Source of the DNA: Raillietiella orientalis
Lineage: Eukaryota
Reading direction: 5' to 3'
Assembly (NCBI GenBank): GCA_036172245.1
Contig: JAYWIR010000045.1
Location: forward strand, 806,001 to 870,000
DNA: 64,000 nucleotides
A model generated the notes under the pieces. The model saw nothing but the letters and a program-made list of their open reading frames with translations, was not told the DNA's origin and ran no database searches. Shown in pieces: positions 59,501-64,000 of this stretch (within the stretch, counting starts at the first letter, position 1; every line of letters begins with the position of its first letter). Both the position numbers and the translations under genes were made by a program.

Positions 59501-61751
59501 CCCAGAGGCTGAGGCGGAACTGGACCAGCATCTCAGGATTGCCCCGCTTTCCCTCAGGATCCGCCGAAAGGGAGGTCTGCCTCCTCGGGCGTGGGCCAGC
59601 TGCTCCCCCCTCTGCGGCCGTCGCCCGCGCGAGCTGCGACAGAAGTGGGTGTGGCTGTCATCCGAGGGAGAGCTTTCGGCACCCTCTTGCGACGGTGCTG
59701 CCCGAGCCGGGAGGCGGAATCGAAGGGAACCTCGCGGCAATTGCCGGCAGATTAAGGGCTTGGCCGGAGCCCCCCGCTCCATCGAGGCATAGACTCCGGG
59801 GAGCCGTCACGTCCGTCAACTGCGAGGCCGCTGCATCCCAACGCCCATTCGCGCCTTCCCTCCCCCCCCTCCTTCCCATTTCGGGTCGGTCCAGGTTCCT
59901 TGTTGCATCCGAGGCTGATCAGAACGAAGAAGCGGCCTCGAGGCCAGGGGGCGGACTCCCACTCGAATTCGTTTCGGGCCGAGCGACCCGGCTTGAACCC
60001 AAGAGGCGATCATTTCCTCCCGGAAAGGGGTAGAGGGTGCTCCGCTTGGGCGGAAGTGCCTCATGGGATCCGGGAGATGCCTGCGCGGGCGAGGAAGAAG
60101 CGAAATCGACCCCCGCCGTCCCGAGCGACCGGATCCTCCGAGACGACCAACTCTCAGGGTGTGCGAGGGCGTAGGCATCGGTCGAAAGCCGGGCGCGTGC
60201 GGGAATGACGAGGGGGCGGGCATCCCCCTCCCCTTAGCGCCCTCTCGATCTGCTTCGAAATCCTTTTCACCCTTGAGACGGTAGGGGATGAGGAAGGGGT
60301 TCGTCTGAAGATGCTGCTGCTGCTGCTGCTTACCTGTCTCTCCATCCCCTCTGAGTTCAATTCCGGCTCGGGAAGTCCGATGGAGCCGGTCCGATGGGTG
60401 GAGACCGGGAGTCACCGTTCTGCCTCCCCCCCTTTTCCCGCCGACCTCCCTCTCTCTCGCGCGCTCGCTGCGTGCCCCCTTTGCTATTATGTCGTTCAAG
60501 GTCGCTGCTTTTTCTGGAGGGAGGAGGGAGGGGGGGCGCAATTTCGCCGCCGGGGCTCGCTCGGAGCAAACGAACTGGAAGATGAATCCAATCGGAAGCG
60601 TGCACGCTCCCGGATCGAGCAAGAAATTTTAAAATTCAGGGAAGGTCCGGCGGCGGCAGGGGAGGGGGGAGAAGAACGGAGTCCTTCCTCCCGTCGGGGG
60701 GAAATCAATCGATCTTCCCAGTTTTCCAGCGTCCCGCCTTCGTCTCCGCGGAGAGCCCCGGAGATCGCGAGCGGTCGTCCCTCCCCTCCCTCAGCACCCT
60801 GACCGGGAGCATGGCGCCTTGCTCGGAGGCTGCGCGGGCGCTCGGCCTCCAGGTGGGGATCCGCTGCCTGGAAGAGGAGGAACCAGCCCGGGTATGCGCC
60901 GGGAGAGGTCCGAAGGCTGCGTCGCAGTCACCTCCAGAAGCGCTTCCTGCAGAGGTTCGCTGGCGCCCTCCACTTTTCCGTTGCTCCTCCCCTCCTCTCC
61001 CCCCGGAGGGAGCAGTACTAACTGCGGCGTCAACCTCGGAGGGGAGAAGGCGGAGGCGACCCCGGAAATCTGTCTAGGGACGCGTCTGTGCCCACCAGGC
61101 AGGAGGAAAGGAGGCAAGGAGGAGGAAGAAAAGGGAACACAGGAAGGGGCATTCACAGCGCGGGACTTACGAGCCGGCCCTCCCGAAAAATCGCACGATG
61201 GGGATTCGGGTCGTTGGCGGACATTTTGTGAGAAGGAGGAGGTGTTGAGAGGAGGCAGAAGGTGCAAAAAGGAAAAGAGCCAGAGCATAGGGGTATCGGG
61301 AGGGCGGCTCCGAGAAGCTCGGGAGAGACGCCGCCTCAGGCCAAGTGGCTCCGTCGTCCCGCAGTTTCGCAATTCCACCCGCAGGACTCCCTTGGCGCTG
61401 CTTAGAATGCCGCTCGCTCCAGCCGGACGGCAGCAGCGGCAGTTCCTGAGCGAAGGGGCAGGGAAAGAGGGGGGGGGGAGGGAGGGAGGGAGAAGGCGGG
61501 ACCACTGCGGCGATGCTCCTGCGTTCCTCGTCGATCCCCGCGGCGCGGCGTTCGCCGCCGCATTCGACCCGCGTCGTGCATCCCGCGAGCGCACATCCTC
61601 GCATCCATCATCTCCCGTTCCCTCCGCTCACCCCCCCCCCCCCTCTCCCTGTCTCCCCGTTATCGTGAATCCGGCAAATTTTAATGGAACGCATAAAGCA
61701 GTAACTTCTTGGTTGATTGCACCCGTGTTGCCCGTCCCATATTTCAGAGCG

Positions 61752-61937
61752 GGAAACAAAGGGAACATCGATCGGGACTCTTATTTGGATTGCTGGAACG
61801 GGAGGACTTCTTCTGCTCGGGTCCTCCGCTGTTGTCATGTAAATTTTGTTGTGTCCCGTGCCGAATTCGACATCCTTGTGATGTCTCCATTTTCGGGACA
61901 CCATCATCAGCCCGATCGATGTTACGTGTGCGTTTCC
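61752..61937. ncRNA. Candidate structured RNA or foldback element (multibranch), family unknown
   Basis: Nested complementary stems: GGAAAC/GTTTCC (61752-57/61932-37), AACATCGATCGGG/CCCGATCGATGTT (61764-76/61911-23), GGAGGAC/GTCCTCC (61801-07/61821-27), GTGTCCCG/CGGGACAC (61851-58/61894-901), GACATC/GATGTC (61869-74/61880-85). Confidence 0.4.
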
Positions 61938-64000
61938 GGGGGGAGGGGGAATGAGGATGACAGGAAAAAAAAAAGAAGAAAAGGGGAGAAAAAAGAGGGA
62001 CGGAGGGTAGGAGGAGGAAAGGAGAACATCTGGCTCCTTTTGCTGTTTTGGGATCCGCGACCCCTTCTTCCTCCTCTTCCTTCCTATCGGCGTGAGAAAG
62101 CTGGCAATCTGGGAGGGGAAGGGGAAAGAGAGAGATCCGCTGTCCACCCCGAATCCAAATTCCCCGAGCGCAGTCTCTGCCGTTGTAGACCTGCGTGCTG
62201 AATCCAGGAGGCATCTCCGGCCCCTGAGAGAAGGCTGGGCGAGGGGCACAGCAAGCGAGAGAATGTGCTCTGGAAGGGAAAGAGGAGGCGGTCGATGTCG
62301 GCCTGCTGACTCGCGTCAATGGTGAGGACCCGGTGGGAGGTGAAGGAGGGTCCATAGCATTCGCAGCCTTTACCGAAGCTGATGCTCACGTTGGGCAGGA
62401 GGGGAGGAGGAGGGGTTTGCGAAGGACGCTTCGCCCTCCCCCCCCCCCCATTCTATTGAGCTCGCTACAACGGCATGGAAAAAAAAAAGAAAAGCCATGA
62501 TGACGACTACAGTCCGAGTTTCATTCCTCCAAAAAGTTTCCGACCGTCGAGATAGTCCGTGGATGTGGTTCCAGAATTAGGTCTCCGAGGAGCAAAATCG
62601 AGGTGTTGATCGACGCGAAGTACGCAGGGATCCACCATCCGGACGGCAGCAAGTGTCTGCACCACTACAGCAGCGTTGCGAAGGACATGCAAGAAAAACA
62701 ACGGTCGCTCCCATAGTACCCGGGTTCTGCACAAGGTGACCTCCATGCATCGCTGGATTGTGGGTTCGCTCAGGGAGACATTGTGGGCTTGGCCGCCCTG
62801 CCCCGGAGAGACAAACTCCAGTGCTTGCAGCCCACGATGCACGAGTTCATGCTGGGTCCGGTTCGGTGCTGGACACGGGCCAGAATGTGACCAGAACATC
62901 GGAAACGAGAACACCTTGGGAAGGACGAACGGCAGGCTGTGCATCTCAGAGGACGACTTCCAGACCTCAGTAAGGGACGTTGTTGGGGGGTCGGCGCAAG
63001 TGGAGGTGGTAGTGGGTGGCCTTCTGGAGCCACTGCATCGCTGCCGATGCCGTCAGCGATGCAGCTGCGCCTCAGAGAACTAGGCAGCCTATGCTGAGCA
63101 GCAAGCAACAGTGAGTCCGAGCTGCGACGGACACGGAAGATCTGTGGATTCCGCTTCCTTGCCTGCGCGCCGCGAGGCCGACCAGGTCAAGGAACTGGTC
63201 TTCAGCGTGAAGGAGGAGCTGGAGCTCTTGCTGGCTCTTCCGCAGCGCCAGTAACCAACAGAAGAGAGCCTGGAGGAACGAAACGCAAGGGCGGAGGCTG
63301 TGCCCGAGCAGCAGGAGACTCAGCACAAGTTTTCCGGGAGACGGCCACAAACTCAACTCAACCCTCTAATGGATTCCTATTAGAAGAACAACGGAGCACG
63401 AAGCAGCAGCATCTTCAAGGGAATTTCCGAAAGTTCAGAAAACCACCGGAGGGGCTTCTGGACGTCGATCACACGCTGCTCGGCTGGCTTGTGGAATGAA
63501 GCGCATGGTTAGGAGACGGAGGAGCAGAAGGAACCGTTGTGCCTGCTGCCTCCGACTGGAAGATGCTGCCGGCGAGGATCGGGCAATCCACAAGACGCGA
63601 CGGTCCCCGAACAACACGATGTCTAGGATGCTTCCGGAAAGCCACAGGGACGAACCCATACGTTGCGCTTGGGAAACGAACTGGACGAAAGGCAACGCGC
63701 GAGGAAGAATCCCGAGAGACGGAGTGCCGTGCCCGGCTGCTACCAGGAGCACAGCGCACGCCGTCAGCGCAGACTCGAGCAAAGATATCACCACAGCCGA
63801 AAGATGCCCTCGAGCTGCCTTGAAAGAGAGCCAGCGTTTCCGAACACCCTCCAGACAGGGTAGGGAGGCCTACAGCGATGGCGCGAGTGTTAGTGATGAG
63901 ACTGTTCGATGAAGAAGGCTAAAGGAGGATGGTGCTCGAGGACCAAGCGGCGGAAGAATACGCGACCTTCAAGGATCCTTCTCCTCCGCGGACGATGCAG

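Noticed and set aside
61764..61923. Hammerhead ribozyme or C/D snoRNA on the - strand (stem followed by CUGAUGA)
   Set aside because: Stem II, GAAA, stem III and the UH site cannot be arranged with stem I in the canonical register, and there is no CUGA D box before the 3' stem. Kept only as an unclassified structure.
53400..64000. Long ORFs such as 54586-55491, 54701-55288, 58040-59098, 60819-62201 and 62500-63900
   Set aside because: No domain, transposase, RT or consistent exon chain recognised. A diverged gene or decayed TE cannot be excluded without a homology search.

Overview
Eukaryotic (invertebrate, probably ecdysozoan) genomic DNA with many 41-52 nt GT-AG introns. The organism cannot be fixed from the sequence alone. 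Three intron-containing genes can be fully reconstructed with consistent splice phases: (1) a Pax6 / twin-of-eyeless-like gene, + strand, 27583-38768, 8 coding exons, 438 aa; (2) TM7SF3, - strand, 40823-38835, 8 exons, 530 aa, converging on Pax6 with only 66 nt between the stop codons; (3) an ANKS1-family adaptor (ankyrin repeats, 2 SAM, PTB), + strand, 43340-53329, about 12 exons, about 946 aa. The first ~27 kb and last ~10 kb are very GC-rich, rich in purine/pyrimidine tracts and apparently non-coding; the many long ORFs there look like GC artefacts. The most striking feature is a compositional valley (~31.5-49.5 kb) that cuts through genes: hand-counted GC3 falls from ~93% to ~31% within Pax6 and rises from ~20% to ~86% within ANKS1. 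At its centre, CpG-depleted gene bodies flank a CpG-retaining divergent promoter. Other items worth following up: a multi-stem structured-RNA candidate at 61752-61937, AT-rich motif-dense islands in the Pax6 upstream desert, an inverted and a direct duplication, a Helitron-end-like hairpin, a degenerate minisatellite carrying MEF2-type sites, and a stop-free in-frame intron inside the Pax6 homeodomain. No tRNA, rRNA, CRISPR array or intact transposase/RT was recognised.
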